Source: Candidatus Bathyarchaeia archaeon
GTDB lineage: Bacteria; Chloroflexota; Limnocylindria; P2-11E
Length of the DNA stretch: 49,696 bases
Reading direction: 5' to 3'
Assembly: GCA_035637615.1 (NCBI GenBank)
Contig: DASPWX010000075.1
Coordinates: 1 to 49,696 of the forward strand
Shown: piece by piece, positions 41,815 to 49,696 of the stretch
Layout of the letters: every line of letters starts with the position of its first letter
How positions within the stretch are numbered: the stretch's first letter is position 1
The notes under the pieces: generated by a model
What the model was told of the DNA's origin: nothing
Databases searched by the model: none
Seen by the model: the letters and a program-made list of their open reading frames with translations, nothing else
Translations under genes and position numbers: made by a program

Positions 41815-43131
41815 ATGTCGCGATCTGTGCGTACAGCGATCGTTGCCTTTGTCGCGTTACTCGTGGCGACCGCCTGTTCCCAGCCGGGGACGACGTCGCC
41901 GTCCGGATCGGCGGGCGCATCGGCCGGCGGTTCAGCCGCGGCCGGCAGCACGATCACGGTGATGTCGCTCTGGGGCGCCGCCGAGCAGGACAACTTCCAA
42001 AAAGTGCTCGACGCATTCAAGGCGAAGACCGGCGTCACCGCGAAATACGACTCGGAACGCACGGACTACGCCACGACGCTTCAGACGCGCATCTCGGGCG
42101 GCAACCCGCCGGACGTCGCGATCATCCCGGGGATCGGCTTCCTGCGTCAGTTCGCGCGACAGGGATCCCTGAAGAAGGTTTCTGACCTCATCGACGTCAA
42201 CGCGATCAAAGCGAACTACCCCCCTGGGATCCTCGAGATCGGACAGGTCGACGGGGCCCAGTACGCGATCATGGTGAAGTTCAACAGCAAGAGCACCGTG
42301 TGGTACCGACCCGATAAGTTCAAGACGCTCGGCGTCACCACGCCGACGGACTTCGCGAGCTTCACCAAGCTCCTCGGCGACATCAAGGCAAAGAATCAAG
42401 CGCCGCTCGGCCTCGGCGCGGGCGACTCATGGACGCTCACGGACTGGTTCGAGAGCGTCTACGTCCGTCAGGCTGGTCCCGATAAGTACGACCAGCTTTT
42501 CAGCGGCAAGCTGCCGTGGACTGACGCATCGGTCGCCACCGCAGTCGACACGATGAAGCAGGCTCTCACCGAACAGAACGTCGCCGGCGGCATCACCGCC
42601 GCTCTCGGACGCAACTTCACGGACGGCATCGGCCAGGTGTTCAGCACCAACCCCCAGGCAGTCGTCTACTACGAAGGCGGGTTCGTGGGCGGCATCGCCA
42701 TCGGGCAGACGAACACCGCGCTGAAGCCGGGCGACACCATCGATTGGTTCGACTTCCCAGCCATCAACGGCAACAAAGGCGTCACCATCGGCGGCGACGT
42801 CATCTCGGCCTTCACGACGAAGCCCGGGGTCAAGGAATTCCTGAACTACATGACCTCGCAGGAATCCGGCTCCGTTTGGGCTGGAACGGGCGCGATCATC
42901 TCGCCGATCAAGTCTGTACCCGCCTCCGCGTATCCGAACGACCTCGCCAAGCGCGAGGCGGCGCAGGTCGCGAACGCGACCGCGGTCCGCTTCGACGGTT
43001 CCGACCTTCTCCCATCGGGCGGCGGCGACGACATGGGCGCCGCGCTGCAGGACGCGCTTCGGGGCAAGACCGTCGACTGGGCGGGGTTCGAGACACGTAT
43101 GCAGGCAAAGTGGAAAGCGGAAGCCAAGTAG
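41815..43131 (+). CDS. carbohydrate ABC transporter substrate-binding lipoprotein (MalE-like, family 1)
   Basis: From ATG 41815 (AGAGGGGG SD) it is 438 aa. It has a lipoprotein signal (VALLVATAC), then ITVMSLWGAAEQDNFQKVLDAFKAKTGV...GGNPPDVAI. Confidence 0.9.
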   Translation: MSRSVRTAIVAFVALLVATACSQPGTTSPSGSAGASAGGSAAAGSTITVMSLWGAAEQDNFQKVLDAFKAKTGVTAKYDSERTDYATTLQTRISGGNPPDVAIIPGIGFLRQFARQGSLKKVSDLIDVNAIKANYPPGILEIGQVDGAQYAIMVKFNSKSTVWYRPDKFKTLGVTTPTDFASFTKLLGDIKAKNQAPLGLGAGDSWTLTDWFESVYVRQAGPDKYDQLFSGKLPWTDASVATAVDTMKQALTEQNVAGGITAALGRNFTDGIGQVFSTNPQAVVYYEGGFVGGIAIGQTNTALKPGDTIDWFDFPAINGNKGVTIGGDVISAFTTKPGVKEFLNYMTSQESGSVWAGTGAIISPIKSVPASAYPNDLAKREAAQVANATAVRFDGSDLLPSGGGDDMGAALQDALRGKTVDWAGFETRMQAKWKAEAK

Positions 43132-43158
43132 CCAGGCGCGCATGACCTAGAAATCAAC

Positions 43159-43189
43159 GGAGCGGGTGGGCATCGAGCTCACCCGCTCC
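43159..43189 (+). promoter_or_regulatory. intercistronic stem-loop downstream of the binding-protein gene
   Basis: GGAGCGGGTG (43159-43168) pairs with CACCCGCTCC (43180-43189), a 10-bp perfect stem. Its position is typical of mRNA-stabilising or attenuating hairpins after SBP genes of ABC importers. Confidence 0.55.
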
Positions 43190-43206
43190 GGTACGGACGG
43201 AGATAG

Positions 43207-44181
43207 ATGGGGCTCGCGCCAACACCAGCGGTACCAGCTCAAAAGCTCTCCACACCAGACCTGACGGCGGTGCGGCGCGCGCGCACGCCTGAGGGGCCGA
43301 ACTATCGGGCCGCGATTGTCTTCCTACTCCCTGCCGCGATCCTCCTCGTGGTCTTTCTCCTGTACCCGGCCATCTACACGATCCTGCTGAGCTTCAACCG
43401 CGGCCGGAACGGCGTCTTGGAGCAATGGGTCGGTTTTGATAACTACGTCCGCCTCTTCACCGATCCGGACTTCATCAACATCTCGACGTTCCCGCCCTCG
43501 GGAGCGCTCTGGAACAACGTTCTGTGGATCGTCTTCTACACCAGCATCGTCATCTTCCTCGGGCTGATCATCGCGGTCGTCGCGGCACGGGTCCGGTACG
43601 AAGCGGTCCTCAAGGCGATCGTCTTCATCCCGATGGCGATCGCGGCGACGGCGCTCGCTGTGATCTGGAAGTTCGTGTACTCGCCCGACGCGAACATCGG
43701 CCTCCTCAACGCGATCCTGGGCAACTTCGGGATCGCCCCGATCTCGTGGCTCGGCGACGACCATCTCGTCAACTTCGCGCTGATCGCGGTGGGCATATGG
43801 GGGTCGGTCGGGTTCGCGACGGTCATCCTTTCGGCGGCCGTGAAGAGCATTCCTGCCGAGGTCATCGAGTCGGCCCGGGTCGAAGGGGCGACCGAGCGGC
43901 AGATTTTCTTCCGGATGATCCTGCCGATGGTCAGCCTGCCGATCTCGGTCCTCGCGGTGACGCTGATCGTCAACGTGATCAAGCTCTTTGACCTGATCTA
44001 CGTGATGACGGGCGGCGGGCCGGGCAAAGCCAGTCGGGTGATCGCGTTCACGATGTACCAGCAGGCATTCCAAGCAGGGCAGTACGGCTACGGCTCGGCG
44101 GTCGCGGTGGTGATGCTCGTGATCCTGATCCCGATCATGATCTACAACGTTCGGCGCTTCCGGACAGGCGCAGTCACGTGA
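43207..44181 (+). CDS. carbohydrate ABC transporter permease (MalF-like)
   Basis: 324 aa with 6 TM and an EAA-like loop (IPAEVIESARVEGATERQIFFRMILPM). Confidence 0.9.
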   Translation: MGLAPTPAVPAQKLSTPDLTAVRRARTPEGPNYRAAIVFLLPAAILLVVFLLYPAIYTILLSFNRGRNGVLEQWVGFDNYVRLFTDPDFINISTFPPSGALWNNVLWIVFYTSIVIFLGLIIAVVAARVRYEAVLKAIVFIPMAIAATALAVIWKFVYSPDANIGLLNAILGNFGIAPISWLGDDHLVNFALIAVGIWGSVGFATVILSAAVKSIPAEVIESARVEGATERQIFFRMILPMVSLPISVLAVTLIVNVIKLFDLIYVMTGGGPGKASRVIAFTMYQQAFQAGQYGYGSAVAVVMLVILIPIMIYNVRRFRTGAVT

Positions 44182-45074
44182 GCGTCCTCGCCGAAGCGAT
44201 GGCCGGGTCGCGGCCGCGGACACCCGCGGGACGAGCCGTCGCGGCGCTCAACCGCTGGGTGATCCACGTCTTCCTCGGCCTCATCGGGCTCATCTGGCTC
44301 GTCCCGACATTGGGACTCCTGGTGACGTCCTTCCGGCCGCGCTCCGACATCCAAGCCACCGGTTGGTGGGACATCTTCAACCTGCACCTCACGCTCGACA
44401 ACTACCGGCAGGTGCTCGAGGCCCAGGGGATGCTGCAGGCTTTCATCAACACGGTCTTCATCGCGGTGCCATCGACCCTGCTTCCGATCGCGATCTGCTC
44501 GCTGGCGGCGTACGCCTTCTCGTGGGTCCGGTTCCCCTTCCGCGACACGCTCTTTCTGATCGTGATCGCGTTCCTACTTGTTCCGGTGCAGGTCGCCTTC
44601 ATTCCTTTGCTCACGACGGCGACAAGCCTGGTGCCCGACCTCCAGCTCACCCAGGGCTATGTCGCCATATGGCTCGCGCACACCGCCTTCGCACTGCCCT
44701 TCGGCATCTTTCTCTTGCGCAACTTCTTCATCACGCTTCCGCCCGACATGATCGAAGCCGCGCGGATCGACGGCGCGTCGGACTTCCGCGTGTTCAGCCA
44801 GATCGTGGTGCCGGTGTCGGTCCCAGCTATCGCCGCGTATGGCATCTTCCAGTTCCTCTGGGTTTGGAACGACCTGCTCATGGCACTCGTCTTTGTTCAG
44901 GACCAAAGCAAGTACCCCATGACGAGAACGATCCAGAATCTGCTCAGCCAGTACGGCACCGAGTGGCACCTGCTCGCGGCAGGCGCGTTCCTCCTGATGA
45001 TCGTCCCGCTGATCGTCTTCTTCAGCCTCCAGCGCTACTTCGTCCAGGGCCTCCTCGCAGGCTCCATCAAGTAA
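44178..45074 (+). CDS. carbohydrate ABC transporter permease (MalG-like)
   Basis: 298 aa with the EAA loop LPPDMIEAARIDGASDFRVFSQIVVPV. The GTG overlaps the upstream stop (GTGA). Confidence 0.9.
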   Translation: MSVLAEAMAGSRPRTPAGRAVAALNRWVIHVFLGLIGLIWLVPTLGLLVTSFRPRSDIQATGWWDIFNLHLTLDNYRQVLEAQGMLQAFINTVFIAVPSTLLPIAICSLAAYAFSWVRFPFRDTLFLIVIAFLLVPVQVAFIPLLTTATSLVPDLQLTQGYVAIWLAHTAFALPFGIFLLRNFFITLPPDMIEAARIDGASDFRVFSQIVVPVSVPAIAAYGIFQFLWVWNDLLMALVFVQDQSKYPMTRTIQNLLSQYGTEWHLLAAGAFLLMIVPLIVFFSLQRYFVQGLLAGSIK

Positions 45075-46333
45075 TGCACGCGGTACCGATCACCGCGACG
45101 AAGCGGCTCGCGGACTACGCAAAGGTCATCGGCGACGAGCGCTACGAGCAGCTGCGCACGCTCGCGAAGGCTGCGAAGGGCCGCAGCATGCTCCACATCA
45201 ACGCCACCGCGTACGGCGGTGGGGTCGCGGAGATCCTGCAGAACCTCGTGCCGCTGCTCCGCGACGCCGGCGTGGATGCGCACTGGGCCGTCCTCGACGC
45301 GCCGGCCGCCTTCTACGACATCACTAAGAAGATCCACAACGCGCTCCAGGGGATGAAGCTCGACCTGTCCGACGCGGAGAAGAAGCTCTTCCTCGATGTC
45401 GCGCGCGAGAACGCGCAGCAGCTCACGGACGCCGACGTCGTGCTGGCGCACGACCCGCAGGCAGTCGCGCTGCGCCACTTCGCCAAGGACCCCGACCGGG
45501 CCGGATGGGTCTGGCGATGCCACATCGATCTCACGAACGCGCATCAGCCGGTCTGGTCGTTCCTGCGGCCGTTCGTCGAAGAGCACGACGCGTCGATCTG
45601 GACCATGCCGCAGTTCGTGCGGCCGGACCTGAAGCAAAAGGTGCTCATCCAGGCGCCGACGATCGACCCGTTCTCGGTGAAGAACCAGGACATGCCCACC
45701 GACGAAGCGCGCGAGGTCGTGGGGCGATTCGGCGTGGACCCGGCGAGGCCGATCCTCCTGCAGGTCTCTCGCTTCGACCCCTGGAAGGACCCGCTCGGCG
45801 TCATCGACGCCTACCGCCTTGTCAAGAAAGAGATGCCGGGCGTCCAGCTGGTCATGATCGGGTCGCTGGCCGACGACGATCCCGAGGGCCAGGAATATTT
45901 CGACCGAACGAAGAAGCACGCAGGCGGTGACAAAGACGTCTTTCTCTTCACGAACCTCGACGGCGTCAAGGACCGCGAGGTGAACGCGTTCCAGCGCGCG
46001 TCCGAGGTCGTGATCCAGAAGTCGCTCCGCGAGGGATTCGGTCTAGTGGTCGCCGAAGCGCTCTGGAAGGGCATCCCGGTGGTGGCCGGGAAGGTCGGCG
46101 GCATCGTCATTCAGATCCAGGACGGTGTCTCCGGGTATCTCGTGTCGAGCCCTGAAGAATGCGCGGCGCGCTGCCTCGACCTGTTGCGCGATCCGGCGCT
46201 CCGGAAGCGCATGGCCGCCGCGGGACGCGAACATGTTCGACAGAACTTCCTGATCACGCGCGATCTCCGCGACCAGCTCGAGCTCGTGGCGGCGCTCGCG
46301 AAGGTGCCCGCCTCCGGTATTCCTCGCCGCTGA
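45074..46333 (+). CDS. treT: trehalose synthase, TreT type (GT4 trehalose glycosyltransferring synthase)
   Basis: From ATG 45074 (TAATG overlap) it is 419 aa. It is collinear with archaeal TreT as I recall it: HINATAYGGGVAEILQNLVPLLR, IHNALQG, WRCHIDL, VSRFDPWKDP, DDPEG, REVNAFQRASEVVIQKSLREGFGLVVAEALWKG.PVV. The longer track ORF (44363..) is a frame artefact. Confidence 0.85.
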   Translation: MHAVPITATKRLADYAKVIGDERYEQLRTLAKAAKGRSMLHINATAYGGGVAEILQNLVPLLRDAGVDAHWAVLDAPAAFYDITKKIHNALQGMKLDLSDAEKKLFLDVARENAQQLTDADVVLAHDPQAVALRHFAKDPDRAGWVWRCHIDLTNAHQPVWSFLRPFVEEHDASIWTMPQFVRPDLKQKVLIQAPTIDPFSVKNQDMPTDEAREVVGRFGVDPARPILLQVSRFDPWKDPLGVIDAYRLVKKEMPGVQLVMIGSLADDDPEGQEYFDRTKKHAGGDKDVFLFTNLDGVKDREVNAFQRASEVVIQKSLREGFGLVVAEALWKGIPVVAGKVGGIVIQIQDGVSGYLVSSPEECAARCLDLLRDPALRKRMAAAGREHVRQNFLITRDLRDQLELVAALAKVPASGIPRR

Positions 46334-46404
46334 CGCGTCTGCGGTCTGCTGCTACGCAGTAGTCCTCGCTGCTGACGCGTCTGCGGTCTGCTGCTACGCA
46401 GTAG
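46321..46404. repeat. tandem direct repeat, 2 x 42 bp, first unit containing the treT stop codon
   Basis: Units at 46321-46362 and 46363-46404 differ at a single position (c/t at unit position 8). Each unit contains the palindrome GACGCGTC and CTGCG-n11-CGCAG and ends in GTAG. Confidence 0.95.
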
Positions 46405-46417
46405 CTAGCATCGCCGC

Positions 46418-47512
46418 GTGGGCGATGCTCTGTTCGAGATCGATCCGGACATCCGCGTCGCGCGAACGCTCCCGGCCCGCGTGTACTCCGATCCCGAGAT
46501 CTTCGGGCTGCAGCGCGATCGTCTTTTCGCGCGCAGCTGGCATTACGCCGGACACGACGACCTCGTAAAGGTCGCGGGGCAGGTCCACCCGTTCACGCTG
46601 CTTCCGGGCGCGCTCGACGAGCCACTCCTTCTGACGCGCGACCAGAAGGACCAGCTCCACTGCATGTCGAACGTCTGCACCCACCGCGGCACGCTCGTGG
46701 TCGACGGCCCGGGGCACGAGCAGCAGCTGCGCTGCCGGTATCACGGCCGGCGCTTCACGCTCGACGGACGTTTCCACTCGATGCCAGAGTTCGAGGCGAC
46801 AGCGAACTTTCCCTCAGCGGCGGACGACCTGCCGCCGGTTCCGCTCGGTACGTGGACGCGTTTCCTGATGGTGTCGCTCGCGCCGGCAATGCCGTTCGAC
46901 GACCTCGTGTCCCCGATGCGCCGGCGGCTCGAGAGTCTTCCTTTTCACGAGCTCTCGTTCGACGCCCCAAGCGCCCGGGACTACCTGGTGAACGCCAACT
47001 GGGCCCTGTACCTCGACAACTACCTCGAGGGATTCCACATCCCGTACGTCCATTCGAGCCTCGCAACGACCCTCGACTACGGCGAGTACGCGGTCGAGCT
47101 CGATCGCTTCTCGGTGCTCCAGGTCGGCATAGCCAAACCCGGCGAGCCCGCCTTCGCGCTCCCGCGGGCACACCGCGACCACGGACGCCTCGTCGCCGCG
47201 TACTACTACTGGCTCTTCCCCACGACGATGTTCAACGTGTACCCATGGGGCGTGTCGGTCAACGTCGTCACGCCGCTCGCCGTCGATCGCACGCGTGTCG
47301 CGTTCCTGCCGTTCGTGTGGGATCCGAGCAAGCGCGACACCGGCGCGGGCGCGGGACTGGATCGCGTGGAACGCGAGGACGAGGCGGTCGTCGAATCGGT
47401 CCAGCGCGGCGTGCGCTCGCGGTTGTACGAACGCGGCCGTTACTCGCCCGCGCGCGAAGGCGGCGTGCATCATTTCCACAGACTTCTGGCGGAGTTCATG
47501 TCAGAGGCGTAG
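46418..47512 (+). CDS. Rieske [2Fe-2S] non-heme-iron oxygenase, alpha-subunit-like
   Basis: 364 aa. The Rieske motif is CMSNVCTHRGTLV...RCRYHGRRF (CxH-x17-CxxH). The catalytic domain has NWALYLDNYLEGFHIPYVHS (His pair for mononuclear Fe). Confidence 0.85.
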   Translation: MGDALFEIDPDIRVARTLPARVYSDPEIFGLQRDRLFARSWHYAGHDDLVKVAGQVHPFTLLPGALDEPLLLTRDQKDQLHCMSNVCTHRGTLVVDGPGHEQQLRCRYHGRRFTLDGRFHSMPEFEATANFPSAADDLPPVPLGTWTRFLMVSLAPAMPFDDLVSPMRRRLESLPFHELSFDAPSARDYLVNANWALYLDNYLEGFHIPYVHSSLATTLDYGEYAVELDRFSVLQVGIAKPGEPAFALPRAHRDHGRLVAAYYYWLFPTTMFNVYPWGVSVNVVTPLAVDRTRVAFLPFVWDPSKRDTGAGAGLDRVEREDEAVVESVQRGVRSRLYERGRYSPAREGGVHHFHRLLAEFMSEA

Positions 47513-47536
47513 CGCGTTCCAGCGGGGAGGTTCGAA

Positions 47537-48049
47537 ATGGGCGCAGTTATCGCGGGACGCTTCACCGCCGCGGTCGAGGGTCCGTTCGTCGTTTTCATCA
47601 TTGGGTTCCGCGTGAACCAGTTCTTCGCGTTCCGCAAGTGGTGGCCGGTCGCGAGCGCGATGCGGCCGATGATCGAAAGCCTGAGCCGGGATCCGGCGAA
47701 GGGATTCCTCGCGGCTGAGACGTTCGTCTACTGGCCAGGCGCAGCGCTGGTCCAGTACTGGCGCAGCTTCGAGGACCTCGAACGCTTCTCACGCGACCCG
47801 AGCGATCCTCACCTCGAGGCCTGGCGGCGCTTCAATCGCGCGATCGGAACGGACGGCTCGGTCGGGATCTGGCACGAGTCCTACCTCGTGGAGGCCGGCC
47901 GGTACGAGTCGGTCTACGACAACATGCCGCGCTTCGGCCTGGCGCGGGCAGGCGAACACGTGCCTGCGACCGGGCACCGGGAGACCGCGCGACGGCGTCT
48001 CGGCCAGGAGGGTGAGGCGAGCGTTCCCACGCCGGCACCGCCCGGATAG
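47537..48049 (+). CDS. DUF4188-domain protein
   Basis: 170 aa. FVVFIIGFRVNQFFAFRKWWPV...YWRSFEDLERFS...HLEAWRRFN...GIWHESY matches my recollection of DUF4188 proteins. Confidence 0.65.
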   Translation: MGAVIAGRFTAAVEGPFVVFIIGFRVNQFFAFRKWWPVASAMRPMIESLSRDPAKGFLAAETFVYWPGAALVQYWRSFEDLERFSRDPSDPHLEAWRRFNRAIGTDGSVGIWHESYLVEAGRYESVYDNMPRFGLARAGEHVPATGHRETARRRLGQEGEASVPTPAPPG

Positions 48050-48114
48050 CCCGGGCAGCGACGGCGACGTCGCGCCGATCCCAAGGGTGTCAGCAGACAC
48101 GTACGCTCGGCGCG

Positions 48115-49041
48115 ATGGAACGAAAGATCCGATTCTCGACGCAAAGCGGAGGTCAGCCGACCGGCGAGGACTGGTTGGCCCGCGCGAAGCGGCTCGAGGC
48201 GATCGGCTACCAAACGCTTTCGATGCCGGATCACATGGTGGGCGGCGCCTGGAGCAACATGCCGGCACTCGGCGCGGCCGCGGCCGTCACCACGAAACTC
48301 CGACTCGGCAACCTCGTGCTCGACAACGACTTCCGTAACCCGGTGGTCCTCGCACGCGAATTCGCGACGCTCGACGTGATCTCGAACGGCCGCGTCGAGA
48401 TCGGACTTGGCGCGGGCTGGTTCGACCGCGACTACCAAAGCACCGGGATCGCGTTCGACCGTGGGCGCGTCCGCGTGGCTCGCCTTGCCGAGGCGGTGAC
48501 CCTCATGAAGCGTCTCTTCACCGAGGACGAGGTGACCTTCGAGGGCACCTACTACCGGACCACGAAGTCGGAGTGCCGGCCCAAGACCGTGCAGCAGCCA
48601 CGGCCGCCCATCCTCATCGCCGCCGGAGGGCCCCAGATCCTGGAACTCGCCGGCCGTGAAGCGGACATCATCGCGGTCATCCCGCCGGGCGCCGGCGTGC
48701 GCCCGGCGGCGCCGGACGACGTCGCCGCGACGGGCGTCCGCCGGCAGATCGACGTCATCCACGACGCCGCGGGGTCACACTTCGAGGAGATCGAGCTGAG
48801 CTGCTTCGTGGACGTCACGCTCACCGACGATCGCGAGAAGACGATCGCCGAACTCGCGGACAAGGCGAAGGTCGATCCAGCGGCGCTCGGGTCCTCGGTC
48901 TATCGGGGCATCGGAACGCTCGATGAGGTCCGCGAGCACATCGTTGGCGTTCGGCGAGAGACCGGGATCACCTACTTCTGCCTCCGGGGACCGCATGCCG
49001 AGGAGCTCGCGCCCGTCGTCAGGGACCTTTCCGGAACCTAG
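48115..49041 (+). CDS. LLM-class (luciferase-like) oxidoreductase, probably F420-dependent
   Basis: 308 aa. The blocks are LSMPDHMVG, RLGNLVLDNDFRNPVVLAREFATLDVISNGRVEIGLGAGW and PRPPILIAAGGPQILELAGREADI. Confidence 0.8.
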   Translation: MERKIRFSTQSGGQPTGEDWLARAKRLEAIGYQTLSMPDHMVGGAWSNMPALGAAAAVTTKLRLGNLVLDNDFRNPVVLAREFATLDVISNGRVEIGLGAGWFDRDYQSTGIAFDRGRVRVARLAEAVTLMKRLFTEDEVTFEGTYYRTTKSECRPKTVQQPRPPILIAAGGPQILELAGREADIIAVIPPGAGVRPAAPDDVAATGVRRQIDVIHDAAGSHFEEIELSCFVDVTLTDDREKTIAELADKAKVDPAALGSSVYRGIGTLDEVREHIVGVRRETGITYFCLRGPHAEELAPVVRDLSGT

Positions 49042-49073
49042 CGCTGTTTCGGTCGCTCCCTAGACTCGGGGGA

Positions 49074-49696
49074 GTGATCGACCTCGCGATCGTCGCGTTC
49101 ATCCTGTTGGGTGCGATCGTTGGCTTCGGCAAAGGGTTCGTTGTCCCGCTCGCCGCGGCGGGAGGCGCGGTCCTCACCCTCGCCGCGCTCTACGCCGGAC
49201 CGCTCACCGGCGCGCTGCCCTCCGGAACGGCGGGTCTTGGCGTCGGTGCGATCGGGCTCTTCGTCGGCGGCACGCTCTTCTCGACGGTCGCGACGTCCGT
49301 CGTTGGGATCGTGCACCGAATCGGCATCCTCAAGCGGTTCGACAGGGTCCTCGGGATCCCGCTCGGGATGGTCACCGCCGCCGTGACCCTGTACGTCGCG
49401 GTGGTGGCGACGCTGGTGCTCGATGGCTGGCTCGACCCGCTGCACGGAAAGACCTCGTTCGGGCCCCAAGAGATCGCCGCGCTGCAGAGCGTGGCCGGCG
49501 CGAATCCGGCGTTCGCCGCGTTCGCCGATCCTGGGATGCTCAAGCTTCTCGCGCAGAGCGCCGCAAAGGCGCCCGTCGCGAGCGCGGACTTCGAAAAGGT
49601 CGACAGCGCCGTGGCCTTCTACGAGCAGAAGGTCCGGCCTGAGCTCCTCTCGAGCCGTATCGTGCCCGTCCTGCTCGCAATCGGAGAGAAACTGCC
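49074..49696 (+). CDS. CvpA-family membrane protein, partial (runs off right edge)
   Basis: Not in the ORF track because it has no stop in the window. Manual translation from GTG 49074 gives VIDLAIVAFILLGAIVGFGKGFVVPLAAAGGAVLTLAALYAG...VHRIGILKRFDRVLGIPLGMVTAAVTLYV, a CvpA-like 4-TM N-terminus followed by a soluble region. It is open to the end of the window. Confidence 0.6.
   Translation, partial: MIDLAIVAFILLGAIVGFGKGFVVPLAAAGGAVLTLAALYAGPLTGALPSGTAGLGVGAIGLFVGGTLFSTVATSVVGIVHRIGILKRFDRVLGIPLGMVTAAVTLYVAVVATLVLDGWLDPLHGKTSFGPQEIAALQSVAGANPAFAAFADPGMLKLLAQSAAKAPVASADFEKVDSAVAFYEQKVRPELLSSRIVPVLLAIGEKL

Noticed and set aside
1-49696. Looked for tRNA, rRNA, tmRNA, riboswitch-like leaders, transposases, integrases, phage genes, cas genes, reverse transcriptases and restriction/defence genes.
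   Set aside because: None was found. Intergenic regions are short (mostly under 100 bp). The longest (30913-31068, 38877-39014, 40653-40827, 41596-41814) contain only the repeats, hairpins and promoter-like elements listed above. No T-loop-like GGTTCGAATCC-type sequences occur outside coding regions. Detection was by eye only, so small ncRNAs cannot be excluded.

Overview
This is a 49.7-kb, gene-dense, high-G+C bacterial chromosomal segment. Hand counts on sample 60-nt lines give about 65-73% G+C, apart from one islet at about 53-62%. I support about 52 CDS. I found no rRNA, tRNA, CRISPR array, transposase, integrase or phage genes. Many adjacent genes overlap by 4 nt at stop/start (ATGA, GTGA, TTGA), so most of the window reads as long, translationally coupled operons.

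Minus-strand content, left to right:
- Fatty-acid and acetate genes: acyl-CoA dehydrogenase fragment, thioesterase, Acs-like ligase.
- YcaQ-like, DUF983 and Yip1-like genes, then acuC-like, folA and thyA.
- Serine hydrolase and a FecR-domain protein.
- A lower-GC islet with GNAT, a small ORF and a LuxR/TPR regulator.
- DinB-like gene and a dihydropyrimidinase-like amidohydrolase.
- The rplU-rpmA-rpmE-DUF1385-prfA string, a six-histidine polytopic membrane protein and an MBL hydrolase.

Plus-strand and remaining content:
- An 8-gene cluster at 21.4-28.6 kb: ECF sigma, anti-sigma, membrane protein, very long HlyD/MacA adaptor, MacB ATPase, MacB permease, Gly-rich secreted protein, acyltransferase-like protein.
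- A convergent GntR/ABC/ABC-2 operon, then argS, an MFS transporter and htrA.
- Two GH57 alpha-glucan enzymes flanking a lipoprotein gene and rplY/ctc.
- A sugar ABC importer whose last gene is a TreT-type trehalose synthase.
- A Rieske oxygenase, DUF4188 and LLM (F420-type) oxidoreductase trio, and a partial cvpA-like gene.

Most of this is ordinary housekeeping or accessory metabolism. The observations I consider most worth a second look are:
1. Two related tandem-dimer repeat elements sit exactly on the stop codons of argS and treT and share core motifs. This may be a dispersed REP/BIME-like or 3'-end RNA element family.
2. The ECF sigma gene has no canonical start codon. Its likely CTG start overlaps the stop of a 13-codon Arg-rich uORF (CTGA).
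3. The sigma-headed MacAB-type cluster has an adaptor whose helical insert is about 330 aa long.
4. A 12-TM-like protein has exactly six histidines, arranged as HxH, H, HH and H.
5. A terminator-like hairpin lies 1 nt upstream of the rplU ribosome-binding site.

I did not recognise any defence, CRISPR, retron or toxin system. All functional calls come from motif and family recognition by eye and need database confirmation.
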